A stretch of DNA of 64,000 nt, from NCBI GenBank assembly GCA_001179505.1, contig CDMY01000428.1, positions 14,114-78,113 of the forward strand, written 5' to 3'. Both the position numbers and the translations under genes were made by a program. How positions within the stretch are numbered: position 1 is the first letter of the stretch; each line of letters begins with the position of its first letter. Origin of the DNA: Vitrella brassicaformis CCMP3155. Its lineage: Eukaryota; Protista; Chromerida. Positions 62,001 through 64,000 of the stretch are shown one piece after another. Below the pieces are notes generated by a model. It did no database searches and was not told the DNA's origin. It saw only the letters and a program-made list of their open reading frames with translations.

Positions 62001-63561
62001 GCTGGCGTGGGAGTCGAGGATGGCATACAAGCAGCAGAGGGAGAGGGAGAGGGCGAAGAGGCGGGGCCGGAGGGAGAGGGGGGAGAGGGCGTGGTGGACG
62101 GCTCGAGCCTGTTCGTCAAGAACCTGAATTTCCGCACCACCGACGATGACTTCACCGAGCTCTTCGGCAGGGCCAAGGGATTCAGAAAGGTCAGTCAGCC
62201 AAGTCACTCACAGCGGATTCTTAAGATGGGAGGGAGGATGGGTGTCGCGTGAGTGACGTTCATTCATGCCAGTGCGTTGTATGTATTTTGGGTGCCTTGC
62301 CTTACCCACCCACCACCCCACCCATCCTCTCAGGCGATCATCATGAAGAAGAAGCGAGGCGGCAAAGAGGGCGAGCAGGCCAAGACGCTGTCCATGGGGT
62401 ACGTACGTCGGCTGGCTACCTTTGTCGCCTCTGCATACATATTGCTTCCCTCCCTTTGTTTCCTTCATTTCATGCAGTTATGGCTTCGTGGAGTTCACGA
62501 CTCCCGACCACGCCTTCAAGGCCCTCAAGTCATTCCAGGGTGTGGTGCTGGACGGACACTCACTGCAGCTCAAAGTGGCGGGCCGACAAGCCGCCAACAC
62601 CAACACCACCAGAAGCCCCCCAACACCGTCTAAGGGCAGGACGGACGAGGCGGGAAACATCGACCTGTCAAAGGTATACATCACAGATGAGCGGGCGTGG
62701 CGTGGCGTGGGCGTGGCGTGGTGCACGTGTGGTTGTGTGGGTGTGGTGTGTTCAGGTGACATCGAAGCTGGTGGTCCGTAACTTGGCCTTTGAGGCCTCG
62801 AGGAGGGACGTCCGGCAGCTCTTCTCGGTCAGGCAGTGATACAGCTGGGGAGTGGCAGGCGGTGCGGTCGTGCCATATGTCTGTCTGTCCCCTTGTGTGG
62901 TGTGTGCCTGGGACTCTAATGCCTGCAGGCCTATGGCAATGTCAAGAGCATCCGTCTGCCCAAGAAGGCCGACGGCACAAGCAGAGGGTACGCCTTTGTC
63001 GATTTCTTGACACGATCCGAGGCTCTCGCGGCACTGGTAAGTGAGCGGGACGGACATACATACAGGAGAGAACCTGTTCACCACCCACACACTGCTTCTT
63101 TCTCACTTGCCTCTGTCTGTCTGTCTGTGTGTGTGTGTGTGCAGGAAGCCCTTCAGCACACTCATCTCTACGGACGCCATCTGGTGAGAGGCACACACAC
63201 ACACACACACGTACAGGCAGGCAGGCAGGCAGGCAATTAACCTCCTTCCCTTCCCTGTGTGTGTGTTTGCGCTGCACCCGCTGCCGTGCCGTCCAGGTGA
63301 TTGAGCCAGCGTCTGCCGATGACACGTCAGTGGAGGCGGCACAGCAGAAAGCGGTACGCACACCACACTCATGACAATGCTGATTGCTGGGTGCATCTTG
63401 GCCGTATGTGCGTGTGTGGGCGTGGGCGTGGGCGTTGCGCCCGTCAGAAGCGTCAGTTGGAGTCGGGTGTGCGAGAGAGTGAGGCGCAGAAGCGGCGCAA
63501 GAGCAGCAAACTCGACATGAGTGGCGGGGTGTCGGGGGCCTTCGAGGGCATGCTCGAGTGA
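59012..63561 (+). CDS. RBM19: Multi-RRM ribosome biogenesis factor RBM19/Mrd1; spans a gap
   Basis: RRM1 SRIIVKGVP...TRDGKTRQFAFVGFKS. Further RRMs: GRLFLMNLSY...GIAYVTY, LIVKHLP...VPLYLEWAP, LFVKNLNF...MGYGFVEF, KLVVRNLAF...RGYAFVDF...HLYGRHLVIEPA. Also AVRVALGET. Stop TGA at 63559-63561. Confidence 0.93.
60144..60443. other. Assembly gap (300 N)
   Basis: Run of N followed by poly-C, inside an apparent RBM19 intron. Confidence 1.
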
Positions 63562-63901
63562 CGGATAGATAGATGCTAGAAGTGTTTGCCTGTGCAGTCA
63601 CTTCGTCGTGTCATTTGGCTGACTGACCATATATGACGCTCTTATGTCGTTGCTTCACACGTGAAGGCCATTCATTCACTCACATGGCCAATGTCCCACT
63701 CACACGGCCATCACTGCTGCCTCGCCGGACGAACGGCGTGGAGTGGTTGGTTGGTTGGTTGGTTAAGGGTTTGACGAGACACCTGTCCCTAAGCCCGGCG
63801 CTACCTTCCGGCGCAACCAGGCATCTTCTCTGTCCACAGCACACACCAAACAGGCAACAGGCACATGCAGAATGCATGCACAAGGCCTATCTGCCCTTCC
63901 C

Positions 63902-63955
63902 ATGGAGCAGTGGGTGCTAGTCTGACAAGTCAGCGTCAAGCACCCACTGCTCCAT
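63902..63955. repeat. Perfect 17-bp inverted repeat with 20-nt spacer
   Basis: ATGGAGCAGTGGGTGCT (63902-63918) is the reverse complement of AGCACCCACTGCTCCAT (63939-63955); the spacer also holds CTGAC/GTCAG. Confidence 0.9.
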
Positions 63956-64000
63956 CTCATGCAACTCATATATGAAGTCATACTCACCATCAAACTGACT

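Noticed and set aside
1-64000. tRNA, rRNA, snRNA, CRISPR arrays, transposase or reverse transcriptase ORFs
   Set aside because: None recognised by eye. Short ncRNAs could be missed without covariance-model searches.

Overview
Gene-dense, intron-rich, GC-rich eukaryotic nuclear DNA. The organism is probably a photosynthetic alveolate with a complex red-derived plastid (a chromerid such as Vitrella). That is inferred from a nuclear psbU with signal, transit and Tat presequences and from short microsatellite-filled introns. I can support about 16 multi-exon genes: PPDK (5'-partial), a pseudokinase, a C-terminal RING protein, a SWAP-like DRY_EERY/SURP splicing factor, a cytochrome P450, two coiled-coil or hypothetical genes on the minus strand, a stand-alone tandem-GAF protein, a further hypothetical, an FMRP/FXR-like KH protein, a DUR3 urea transporter with two insertions, PsbU, a ~16 kb secreted repeat protein, an FCP1/SCP phosphatase, an H-Y-E PARP-like enzyme and RBM19/Mrd1. 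There are three 300-N assembly gaps. I found no tRNA, rRNA, CRISPR array or recognisable transposon. The strongest leads are: (1) many introns carry CA/GACA repeats near the 5' end and complementary TG/TGTC repeats near the 3' end, which suggests structure-assisted splicing; (2) the giant two-module surface protein; (3) the fragile-X-like protein; (4) the modified DUR3 head-to-head with psbU; (5) non-canonical splice donors (GC, and one apparent GG). All exon boundaries were read by eye and family comparisons are from memory, not from searches.
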